Origin: Fimbriosthenelais zetlandica
Taxonomy: Eukaryota
Direction: 5' to 3'
DNA: 64,000 bases
Assembly: GCA_977030845.1 (NCBI GenBank)
Contig: OZ365111.1
Location: 21,266,001 to 21,330,000, forward strand
The notes under the pieces are model-generated. The model ran no database searches. It was not told the DNA's origin and was given only the letters and a program-made list of their open reading frames with translations. Shown piece by piece: positions 25,359 through 36,767 of the stretch. Numbering within the stretch: position 1 is the stretch's first letter; the number at the start of each line of letters is the position of its first letter. The position numbers and the translations under genes are program-made.

Positions 25359-28300
25359 ATGGAAAAGTTTGTAAAGAACTTTATTAAGTCCACAGATGAC
25401 CTAAGGTAAATCTACGCATCTTCCTAATGTAGTCTAACTTATTGATCGTTTCTATTTAAAATATTGTCAATAATAATATTGCTATTATTCAATTTATTGG
25501 TTCTACCTGGATTGAATAGTGCCCCCGGGCAATACCCTACTGGCCCTAGCCTAGGTCTAGGGCTAGGGCTAGGCGTATCTATGTAGATGTATGAAATAAA
25601 TATCTCATTTTTTCACAGCACCCTGACTCAGCGAGTCATTCGAGACAAGTACATTGCTTCAATCCAAGAGGATGGTATCAGTGACCAGCAAAAAATTGAC
25701 CTGAGGGCTATCGCCCTGAAGTGCATAGCAGAAGAGGTATACGCCCTAAAACTTAAGCGGGTCTTAGGGGTACTAAAGCAGGCAAGCAAGGATTATATAG
25801 ACCTTATCAGTTAGGCCTATATAGTATAGCAAGGATAGTAAAGTACAGTAAAGCATCCTTGCCTAGTTTAATATATTACATAATACCAGCCCCCGATAAT
25901 GATTGATGTGTAATGATGAACATAGGCCCTATGTTCATCATTACACATTAATCATAGGGACATTGGTTTCATTGTGTTTGTTACAAAATGTAAATCTTCG
26001 TATCGTAAAGGTTACAGTACATATTCATCTTTGCCAACTTTGGAGCAATTTTCAGTCATAAGGCATGATTAGCCCAAGTATCACCTTTAAACAAAAACAA
26101 AAAAACAACTGATTATATATGCGATGATGGCCCATTATGTATGGTATTTCAATTTCAGAGTGAAGCCCGTGAGAAAAAAGAGGAATCTGAGAGTGAGGCC
26201 TCCACTGTCATCGATGAGAAGTCGAGGGAGGATTCAGACAGTGGTAATGGTGGAGAATCAGTGGTATGTATAAATTATCATTTGTAAATTGGTACTGTAG
26301 TAATGATGACCAAATATTTAACTGAGAAAGAAAGTGATTCTTCTACAAAAATATAAAAACCCAATAAGCCCTGTAAATGTGTAAGCTACTGCACTGAGCA
26401 TTATTTTTTTGCAGGCGGTTTCACCTGCCAAGAAGGACAAAGTAAATAAGAGAAAAAGATCCAGTACATCATCCGTAGATAAAGGAACACCAAGGTAGGT
26501 TCCTATCCCAGTTCCGAAAATGTAGAATTCTGGTGCTCATTAAAATAAGCCTGTTAGTTCTACCTCTACTCCTTTTCGAAGGGCACCCATTATGTAGTAC
26601 AGTCTTTCTATTATTTTCTTTGACATACTGCAGTTTTCCCTTAAAACGGTCTAATTTAAAATCCATGCATTCGTATCTCACAGGCGAAAGGCAAAGAAGC
26701 TAAAGAAGTCCTTCTCATCAGGATCAGACGATGAATCAGTCTCGGATGAAAGCATTGATTCTGAAGATTCAGCCCGCAAGCCTAGCCCCAAAAAATCCAC
26801 CAAAGTTGTAAAGAAGCCAGCCAAAAAGCGTACCCGCCCTAAAAATTCTAAAAGAAGGAAAACGCAAACGAAGAAAAAGAAGAAGGCGGGATATTGTGAA
26901 GATGAATTTGATGATGACTTTGTGAGCTCTGGGGAAGAAGATGACTCTGAGGGGGAATTTGAAATTGAACTTGAAGATCAACCCACACCCAAAAAAGGGC
27001 GACCAACACGTAGGGCTGTGAAGGAAAGACAAGTTGTTATTGACTCCCCATCAGAAGAATCCGATTTTGAACACGAAGATGTGGCCAAACGAAAACCCAA
27101 GGGCAAATCTAAAGCGCCCAAAAAAACATTGGCGAAGAAGTCTTTGGGTAGCAATGACAGTTTTTCAGATTCTGATTGCAAACAACGTAAAAAATCCGCA
27201 GACACAAGCAGTGATTCGGAGGCCGAAGTTCCCCTAAGCAAAATCAAATCAAAGAGGAAGACATCACCAAAAAAGTCCACATCACGAAATACAAAGCTAA
27301 AGGAATCCGAATCTGAATTCTCAGAGGAGGAAGGGGAGACAGTTGGGCGTAAGAAAAAAGGCCAAACTCAAAAACAGCCGTCAGAATCAGAGGAAACTGA
27401 TGTAGAACCAGTTAAGCCAAAAAAGAAAACTGTTCCACCGACTCCTGAGTCAAGCGATGAAGAGGAAGACGTGCCCCTTAACAAGTTACAATCTGATAAA
27501 AAATCTGGATCTGACGAGCATAAAGAAGCATCTGAAGAATCTGATGTTGGAGCAGTCAAAATATCAAAGAACGGTCAGAGAACAGTAGACTCGGATGAGA
27601 CAGAGGAGGATGTACCTCTTAAAAATTTAAAGACCCCTCCATCTGAAGCTGACTCGGGGAAAACTATCTCTGAGGAGGAACCAGAGCCTGAAGTCTTAAA
27701 AAGTGCTCAGGGTTCAGAATCTAGTCACTCGGAGCAAGAAGAAGTTCCTCTAAAACAATTGAAATCCAAGAATAAATCTGAGAAAGCTGAAGAACCCAAA
27801 AGGAAGAAGGGCAAGCCTTCATCAGAAGAATCTGAAGAGGAAATACCCTTGAAATCTGAAAAAAAGTCAAAGTCAAAAAGTAAGGTGATTGAATCAGATT
27901 CAGGTACAGAATTGGAATCAGGGAGTGAGAGTTTTTCTGGAAAAGCAAGATTGAGAAATAAGGTTTCAGCAAAATCTAGACTAAACACTAGTGTAGCTTC
28001 CCATAGTGGACGTCGAGCGTCAAAATCTGCTAAATACAAAGAAGACTCTGATTCTGATAGCCCCTCAGATGAAGAACCACTGAAAAAGAAATCTAGTAAA
28101 AGTACTCCAATGTCAAGCTCTGATAGTGATGAAGACATTCCCTTAAAACAAGTGAAGTCGAAGAAAAGCCCAGGTGTTAGTTCACCAAAGAAAAAACAAA
28201 GGAAGAAATGCAGGTCAAAATCTTCATCAGAAGAATCCGAAGAGGAAATGCCCTTGAAAAAAGTGAAATCTAAAAAAGAGTCAAAGTTAAAAAATAAGGC

Positions 28301-29768
28301 GATTTTATCAGATTCGGGTACAGAATCGGAATCAGGGAGTGGGAGTTCTTCTGAAAAACCAAGATTGAGAAATAAGGCTTCAGCAAAATCTAGACTGAAC
28401 ACTAGTGTAGCTTCCCGTAGTGCACGACGAACAACAAAATCTGCTAAATACAAAGAAGACTCTGATTCTGATAGCCCCTCAGATGAAGAACCACTGAAAA
28501 AGAAATCTAGAAAAAATACTCCAATGTCAAGCTCTGATAGTGATGAAGACATTCCCTTAAAACAAGTGAAGTCGAAGAAAAGCCCAAGTGTTAGCTCACC
28601 AAAGAAAAAACAAAGGAAGAAATGCAGGCCAAAATCTTCATCAGAAGAATCCGAAGAGGAAATGCCCTTGAAAAAAGTGAAATCTAAAAAAGAGTCAAAG
28701 TTAAAAAATAAGGCGATTTTATCAGATTCGGGTACAGAATCGGAATCAGGGAGTGGGAGTTCTTCTGAAAAACCAAGATTGAGAAATAAGGCTTCAGCAA
28801 AATCTAGACTGAACACTAGTGTAGCTTCCCGTAGTGGACGACGAACAACAAAATCTGCTAAATACAAAGAAGACTCTTATTCTGATAGCCCCTCAGACGA
28901 AGAACCACTGAAAAAGCTTAATCGCACTAAAAAGAAAACTATTTCTGAGGAATCTGACGAGGAACCAGAGCCTGAGGATTTGGGAAATGCTCATGGTTCT
29001 AGTGACACAGAGGAAGAAGTTCCGCTAAAACGATTGAAATCCAAGAAAGAATCTGAAGCTGAGGAACGCAAGAGGATGAAGGCCAGGCGAAGATCTTCAT
29101 CAGAAGAATCAGAAGAAGAAATGCCCTTGAAAAGGTTGAAATCTGAAAAAAAGACAAAGTCAAAAAGTAAGGTGATTGAATCAGACCCAGGTACAGAATC
29201 AGGGAGTGAGAATTCTTCTGAAAAAGCAAGATTGAGAAATAAGTCTACAGCAAAGTCTAGAATGAACACTAGTGTAGCTTCCCGTAGTGGTCGTCAAGCG
29301 ACAAAATCTATTAAATACGAAGACTCTGAGTCTGATAGCTCCTCAGATGAAGAACCACTGAAAAAGAAATCCGAAGTTAAAATACATTTGAAAAAATTAA
29401 AATCTCAAAAAGAATCAAAGTTAAAAAGTAAGGCGATTGAATCAGATCCGGCTACAGAATCAGAATCAGGGAGTGAGAGTTCTTCTGAAAAAGCCGCATT
29501 GAAAAATAAGTCTCCATCAAAATCCAGAATGAAAACCGGTGTAGCTTCCCGTAGTGGACGTCAAGTGACAAAATCTATTAAATACGAAGACTCGGAGTCT
29601 GATTGCTCCTCAGATGAACCATTGAATAATAAATCTAGAAAAAATACCCCATCATCAAGCTCTGATAGTGAGGAGGACATTCCCTTAAAACAAGTGAAGT
29701 CGAAGAAAAGCCCAGGTGTTAGTTCAACAAAGAAATGTCATGTCATCTTATATCGCGTAGATGTATAA
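25359..29768 (+). CDS. HIRIP3-like protein (~1140 aa): conserved N-terminal helical domain plus a very long Lys/Ser/Glu-rich repeat region
   Basis: Exons 25359-25405, 25619-25736, 26159-26263, 26415-26494 and 26684-29768 are all phase-compatible. The N-terminus MEKFVKNFIKSTDDLSTLTQRVIRDKY...QKIDLRAIAL resembles human HIRIP3 (EMQEFTRSFFRGRPDLSTLTHSIVRRRY, from memory). No C-terminal CHZ domain seen. Confidence 0.65.
27930..29740 (+). repeat. Coding tandem repeat with a 420-bp (140-aa) period; near-identical central copies and diverged flanking copies
   Basis: For example agaaatctag...actccaatgtcaagctctgatagtgatgaagacattccc recurs 420 bp apart (~28087 and ~28507). The RLRNK..AKSRLNTSVASRS block occurs five times in the translation. 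Confidence 0.9.
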
Positions 29769-30181
29769 TTTTTAATATGTTTGATGATATATTTTACGTA
29801 ATGCATGTAATTCTTATGCATGTTGCAGACTTCTGAATAATAATTATGTGATTGTCCACAATGTATTTTTGGCATTTAATCACGCTATGGAATGCGCTGC
29901 CAGTTTTTGCATTTTAATGTTAGCTCTAGATGTACAGCCAAGTTCATACATGATGTATCATCATGTCTATTCATTCTGTTCCGCTGTTCGTTTAAGTTAT
30001 GAATTGTCAGATTAATCCATACCCCGGTAACTTAAAGTTGCCGTTTTGTTATATGTAGGCTTTTATAAACAAAACAAAATTGAATTATTTATCTTGAAAC
30101 ACATTTGGTGAAAAATTACAGAATATTTAGCAACATATTTCAAGAAAACAACTGTAGATCTGGGGATCAATGACGTCACTC

Positions 30182-30342
30182 AGTGGCGCCCTCTTATGAA
30201 TATAGGCTTAATCAGTTCATTGCCGCCAATATAGACGGAGTATCTGTCCCGGTGAGGCTATTCTCGCTGGGAGGACGAGGCTTGTTATACAGGCTACCGC
30301 CAATAGAGAGTATTAGGCCGATATTCATCAGAGTGCGCCACT
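30182..30342. mobile_element. Small MITE-like inverted-repeat element (~160 bp)
   Basis: Left arm agtggcgccctcttatgaatataggcttaat versus the reverse complement of the right arm agtggcgcactctgatgaatatcggcctaat: 31 nt with 4 mismatches. Confidence 0.6.
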
Positions 30343-33300
30343 TGCTAAATATATGTATTCTATAATTTTTTTTCACCATATGTGCGTCTGATAAATAATA
30401 CAATTTCTTATGTTTATAAAACCCTACACATGTTACTATTGTGTCCGCTTTAATAAGGCGGTATTGCCAAATAAAGTGTTCGAATAATTAAAAAAAGGTT
30501 AAAAATATACCAACTTGTGTACATGTATATAATATTGAAGCTGTCGTCACTAGTCCTAATGTGTTTGCAATATATTCCATGATATGTACATTTATTTTGA
30601 ATAAAATAAGGTGGACTAGAGAACAAAAATTAATCCCTACCATTCCATATCTGACTGATAAACGTGTCTCAGAAAGGGATTATAAAAAGGACTAGAAAAT
30701 AATGGATTAAGTCAATAATTCATTTCGCCTAGATATGATGTATTAATACATTTATATATTTTTATTCTGAATACTCTAAAATTTTATATATCGTCAGAAT
30801 TATCATAAATTAGGTTATTTAGTTTTAATTAAAAAGACAGATCTACTTGGTGGTATGTGCGTTTCCTTGTTTTTTAACAACATAATTATCAGTTTATACA
30901 GGATGTACATTGCGTGTAGTTATAATTTTGCATGATGGCTGCCTGGTAATTAAAATGACAGAAGCGCTTGTAAATGGCTTAAAAGTACCATTTGTCAAAT
31001 ACATTAAAATTTCCTCTCTTCACTGCGTTGAAATAAACTTGAACCATAAAACCCAAATACCAAGCACTCGCCTACTCTTTATGATGGATCAGTGACCAAG
31101 TACCAGTTCCGTTACCATGACAATCTCTTCGGTTGCTATGGTAACGGTTATAATAAAATGACCTGAGGGCTTTGCAGAGCGCAGGTAGAGGATAACAAAC
31201 GAAGGTCATCCAGAGGTGACCTTGAGTGAATGCCTACCGGAACCGCCGGTGCCATGACATGTTAGGATTTAATGCATGACATTTCCCTTGGTTTGCCGAT
31301 AAATTCCTGCATCCAGGAAGATTCCGTTCATTTGATAGGAGGACGGATGGGGGAACATATTACCGTTTTGACACGTCCTGTATTGTTTTTGCCATTCCCG
31401 CATTGGTCATAAATCCAGGAAGAGACGGAATGGCTTATTTTCATTCGTTGGGAAACTTTCATTCAGTTGCATTGGACTCTTGGAGTTCGGATGAAACATA
31501 TATATTGGAGAGCTTATACTTTCCGAGGCATACCGCACCTTAATACGGTACTTCAATGAAATCAAATTCATATTTACTGAGGGACGTATAGGCTTAGGCC
31601 TATGCATCATATTGCATACTGCATATAGACCAGAGTCATATCGGTACTTTATGCAGACTCAATCTTTTTAAAAGAGATCAATTTAAACTGAGGAAAAAGT
31701 CTTCAAATTGGACAAGTGAGGAACCAAATCGTGGGGGCTCAGAGGTAAGCGATTTAACATATTTCTCACACATTGAAATAGAAAAGTACATTTTCTTTAT
31801 GAGCTTTTCATAGATTTCAATCAGTTTGCATTCTCTACAAGATCCTTGACTAAGTACAGTTGTAATTTTTGTGGAATGATAGGCTTGTTAAGGAATTTTT
31901 AAATATTGACTACATATTACATATATTGGGCCTACCTCTACTTGTTTTCAGTTGACAACTACCAATCAGAATCCAATAAAGTGAAAGAACAACAAGTACA
32001 TTTTCTATGGAAAACTGCTACTTCCAGTAAATCTTGGGCATCAATTAGGCCTCGTCTACTAACAGCAAGATATTCACTTCAAATAGGCCTACCTTGTAAA
32101 AAGGACGGTAAGCTCATTTAACCCAAATTATACTCAATCCAATCCCATATTTTTTCTTTCCATTCCCCAACTTTTCATTTCATTTGACGAATTTTTCACA
32201 TAGGCTCACAGAAAGCTCTGCATAAATCTAAAGATGAGCTAATTGTAATAAATTGCTCTTTTTTGTCCAGAACTTTGAAACAAATAATGTTAGTAATACA
32301 AAATGATACTTCGCATAATACTGCTCAGTGTAGTTGCTCTATTGTATCCCATTTCCGGGATTCAAGAATAAAATATGAATATGTGGCACTTTCTGAACCG
32401 TTACTTCAGGCTTGAGGGACGAACACGTCAACCTGAGGGCTCCACTGTACCATTATGGCCCTGTATGTGTTGCTTCGGGCCATGTGCGATCAGTGAGGCT
32501 CTCATGTGGACAACACTACACTTGATCGATCCAGTAGGAAATACAATATAGGCCTATGTGATCATATGTGGTTGATAGAGATCATAAGAGAGAGAAAGAG
32601 GCGGGGGAGGGGGAGCTATTTATTTATTCATTTATTTATCTATTTATTTCGGAGACAGATGTCTCGTGGATAGGCCTATCTCAAACATTCTTCATTCGGA
32701 CTTGGTCATCTTTGACTCAAAGATGCTGATATTCCTGTACCCCTATCCACTGTTCCTATCGGCCCTAGTCCTTCTAAACTGTAGGGCTCATGAGGACGGT
32801 TGGTGAGGTTACATTGAAATCACAGATCGGCCTACCTTATATAATTATCATAATCATCCATAAGACAAACCATCTAAATTTATGATTACATATTAATTAA
32901 CGGCTAACTCGGAAACAGCAGACAGGGAAGTTTCACATCCTTGTTTATAAAATGTGAAGAAACAGCTATTATAAGTGGTGCTGATTGGATCATCATACAT
33001 TTAATTTTATAATAAAAAATACAATGGAATTATATTGTTGGCACTCACAATTTCCCCGCTTCAAATTTAACTATAAAGGTCCCCTTTTCCCTTTTATTTA
33101 TTTTATTGGCCGACCATTAAACTATCGTTATATCTCTTCCCCGTTAATTGGTGATAGCCGAGGGATGGTTTATTTTTAAATTGCCTCGGGTCTATCCGCT
33201 GAGTACACATGGACACTGCCCCCGACTTCCTGCCTCAGGCTTAAAATGATAAAACCTTTCATGTGTGCCATCCTCCCGTCATGAATAAAACCAACGCTAT

Positions 33301-33880
33301 CCGGTTATTACCCATAGAATACCGATGTGTTTTTACTGCCGGTTTTTGTGGTATTTCAAGCTATTTGATAAAGCAATTAATTAATGTTTAGAATATATTC
33401 AAATTTACATTTACAATTTTTATGGTCAGATGGTTGAAAAAGAATTATCAAAATGTATCTCGCTTTACTGCATGAACATGGCAGAGCAAGACATAAAAAG
33501 GCCTGATGTATTCACAAAGTTTTTTCCTCTCTTATTTTCAGAATGAAGAGAGCAATCGAAAATAGATTCACATTCTGGAGGGTTCCAACTTATTGTGTAT
33601 GAAGTTCGTGATGCATAGATTTCCTAGAAAAAATCTGACCCAAGAATCTACAATACTCATGGGCCCAGATCGGCGGAACTATTCCCCTTAGTTTCCATCG
33701 TAAAAACTAAAATAATGCATGGAAAACTAAATTATCCCTTAAAAAGTTAATTTATTTACAGATACTTTGTAATTTCCATAAGTGATTTGATATGTACAAG
33801 AGTGACACATATATATATACGATGTGTATTTTCCGATTTAAATTAGCCTAATAAAGTTGATAGTTAAAATATATGCTTCC

Positions 33881-36449
33881 TCACTCGCCATTGTCTTCAT
33901 ATTCTTCTGTACCATAAACCATATCTCGGTCTTGTGGATCATCCTCGAACTCCTTGATAATAAAAGCAGAATTCATAATTAGACTAAATAAGTGAGGGAA
34001 ACAATAAATGTACGAGATAAAGGTTGTTGTGTATTAACTCATATAATTATGAATTTATAAGTAATGTTTCATATTACAATTAATAAACTTTCATTAAATA
34101 TTGCCTCTTTAATGATCCAGAGTGTCAAGAGTGCTTAGAGTAGAGGTACCTACTTTCATTTCTTTAACTTCAAGATCCTCTCCATATTGAATGGCATGGT
34201 CTATTTGTAACATCACATCTCCAACTGTTTCTTCATCGGTGATGTCCAAGGGCAGGAATTTTACCATGCTGTAATCATCAATCTGAAAGAAATCAAAATA
34301 AAAACTTAATTGCAAAATAGAAACTCAATTGCAAGTTGTCTATAAAATTTAATAAGACACAACATTCCAGCTGTGATAGACGCTTAAGACATAATACCAT
34401 CCACAGCGTATTCGGTCATTTAATAGCTAACTTTTATTAAACGACTAATGCATTAACCTACCAACTTGGCAATGGATTGTGAAAGCTTTTGGTACTTCTT
34501 TCCGAAATGGCTTGCCTCCAACTCTTCCCCTAATATGTCCTCCATTTCTGGTTCCAAATACCTGAAAGGAAAGACATTGAAAGGTGAGAATAAAGTATCA
34601 TTTACCTAGATTAAAAGTGCAACATTTCTTTTACAATGAAATAAAATGTGATAAAAACCAAGAAATAGCCACTAAATGAAGCGTGCCCATCAGTGAACTT
34701 CTTATATATGTCCATATCGTCGACGTTTTATTGAGTAATAAAGAGAAAAAAAAGTAGCAAAGTGTAGTGACCGGCGGATAGACAATGGGTGACCGGAGAG
34801 CTGTGTGGGAGGCACTATCACGGTGGACCCAGGTGGCCACTAGGTGACACCAAAAGTGGCTTCTTGCAATCCATCCATGTCAGAGTAATATAATAGTAAA
34901 TAGCATTTTTTCTTAGTACCAGTAACATGCACGTACCTCCATAGTTCCTTCTTAGCTTTAGGGTTGAGCAGATCTAATTTTGTCATCACACTGAAATGGG
35001 GTATTTCTAAGTTCACCATGGTAGAGAGTGCTGCCATTACACCCGAGACGAATTTGGAAGGCTCTATCATAAACTGGGAATCCATGATGAATACTCCCGC
35101 CAAACGAAAATCTAGCTGTTGAAGATGGTCCACTAATGTTTTCATCACAGGTATGTGAGTGTACAGTTCAATTTGGCCTGAAAAATATATATATATATAT
35201 ACAAGAATAAAATTATGCTTGTAACCTTAGATAACATCATACTCATAGACTTACATGGGAAAAGAAAAAGAATAGTATATTTTTAGAGAACAATTTATAA
35301 AGGAAATCCAAGATATATGGCTCTAATAATAATTGTAGGCCTAACTAAAAAGAAATATAGAAAATATCATAACAGATTACCTGGACAGTCAAATAATATA
35401 TAGTCATCTTCAACTTCGTCCAATTGTTCATCCAGCCAGTCTAAATTCTGGGTAAGGTATCTGAAATTTACGAATGCATGACAGACACATTAAAACCCAA
35501 TTTATATACAATGCATGGCTCCAGCTAGACCTAAAAGGGCAGAAGCCATTTTTGTTTCCAATTGGGGCTCCATATTGAAAAGAAAGAGACAGGGTGGGTA
35601 GGGTGGAATGGTTGGCTTATATTAGACTACCCTTTGTTGAATGAAAAAAGGAAATTTAGTACCCGGATTTTTGGAATTATTAATTTAATGTACCGGTTAC
35701 TTACTCCATGCAGAAGACGAGTCCTCCATTGGGTCCAAACCTCAAGGCATCATCATCCATAGCATCATCCAGTCCAATGAGATCACGTATATCTACAAAA
35801 ACATGCAAAGAGTTAAACCAATTTTTTTGTCAGTTCCAAATTTACCACATTCATAAAGTGTTATTAATATTTAATTAGACTTCTAGAGGGCCTACCTGTA
35901 TGTATGGGATAATCGAAATATTCGGCTGCTGGGTCTAGATTTATTACATGGACGACGCGTTTGGCTGATTCCCCATGTCTCACCATGGTGCTGCAGTATG
36001 TGGACTGAAAAAAAAGTGCCAACATTTTTTTAAAATAATTATGATCAATTATGGTGGTTAGACCAATTTATTTACATTGAATAAATAACATATGAATGAA
36101 ATTTTAACATCAGGTATTGAACATACTTTGAATAACAATGTAATGCGAGCAGGGATAGGTTAATGCATACGGACTGCCTCTAAAAATGATTTTGAACTAG
36201 CATTTCATACCCTGACCAAAGCTACAAGAGACCGGGCCAGCACTAGATTTCCAGCGGGACTTGGAGGCATCAAGTGCCGCCGAGCATGAGAGGCACACAC
36301 GGTCTCGTAGTGTTACGATTCTATAACTTAGATTATGATTACCGATATTTAGCGATATAAATCAAAGATGAGGTTATGGGATTGTCGGGTATTTCACATA
36401 CCTTTCCACTCCCTGCAGGGCCCATAACTAGCTGTGCGTAGCGAGGCAT
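33881..36449 (-). CDS. GPN3: GPN-loop GTPase 3
   Basis: Eight exons: 36449-36402, 36004-35896, 35792-35705, 35460-35381, 35177-34937, 34561-34462, 34282-34154, 33952-33881. Translation includes [50 protein letters not shown] and [12 protein letters not shown]. Confidence 0.97.
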
Positions 36450-36767
36450 CGTGAAAAGTTTGCTTTCTTACAAAAATTGAAATATCCACATGGCCTTCCG
36501 GTCGATTATTGAGGCCGCTAATAACAAAATTAATAGAAACTTTTCTTACCTAATCCGACCAGAAATGCACAATTATTTTTCATTTGTGTCATTTGTTATT
36601 TAGAAAATATCTATATTCATCACTAACTCTTCAAAGAGTGTATGACAATGTTGTTTATTTTCATGGATATCAGCGACCTGAGTCATGAACCGGATGTGCC
36701 GCCATTAACGCGGAAGTGGGCCGTCCACAGAACTTTTTTTCCAAAATCGACAGATCAAACAAGAAAT
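36450..36767. promoter_or_regulatory. Bidirectional promoter, GPN3/ARPC3
   Basis: Divergent ATGs are 318 bp apart. ETS-like gcggaagtg at ~36710. GC-box-rich sequence (gggcggggcgggg) lies in ARPC3 intron 1 at ~36948. Confidence 0.7.

Noticed and set aside
27725-28867. 380-aa minus-strand ORF (and neighbours 26978-27280, 28991-29269)
   Set aside because: Antisense shadow of the repetitive Lys/Ser/Glu coding exon; Phe/Ser/Leu low complexity with no independent splice or domain evidence.
30400-33800. Possible CHZ exons, ncRNA or an extra gene between the HIRIP3-like gene and GPN3
   Set aside because: Only short AT-rich ORFs and simple repeats; no motif, tRNA cloverleaf or snoRNA box pair that I could support.
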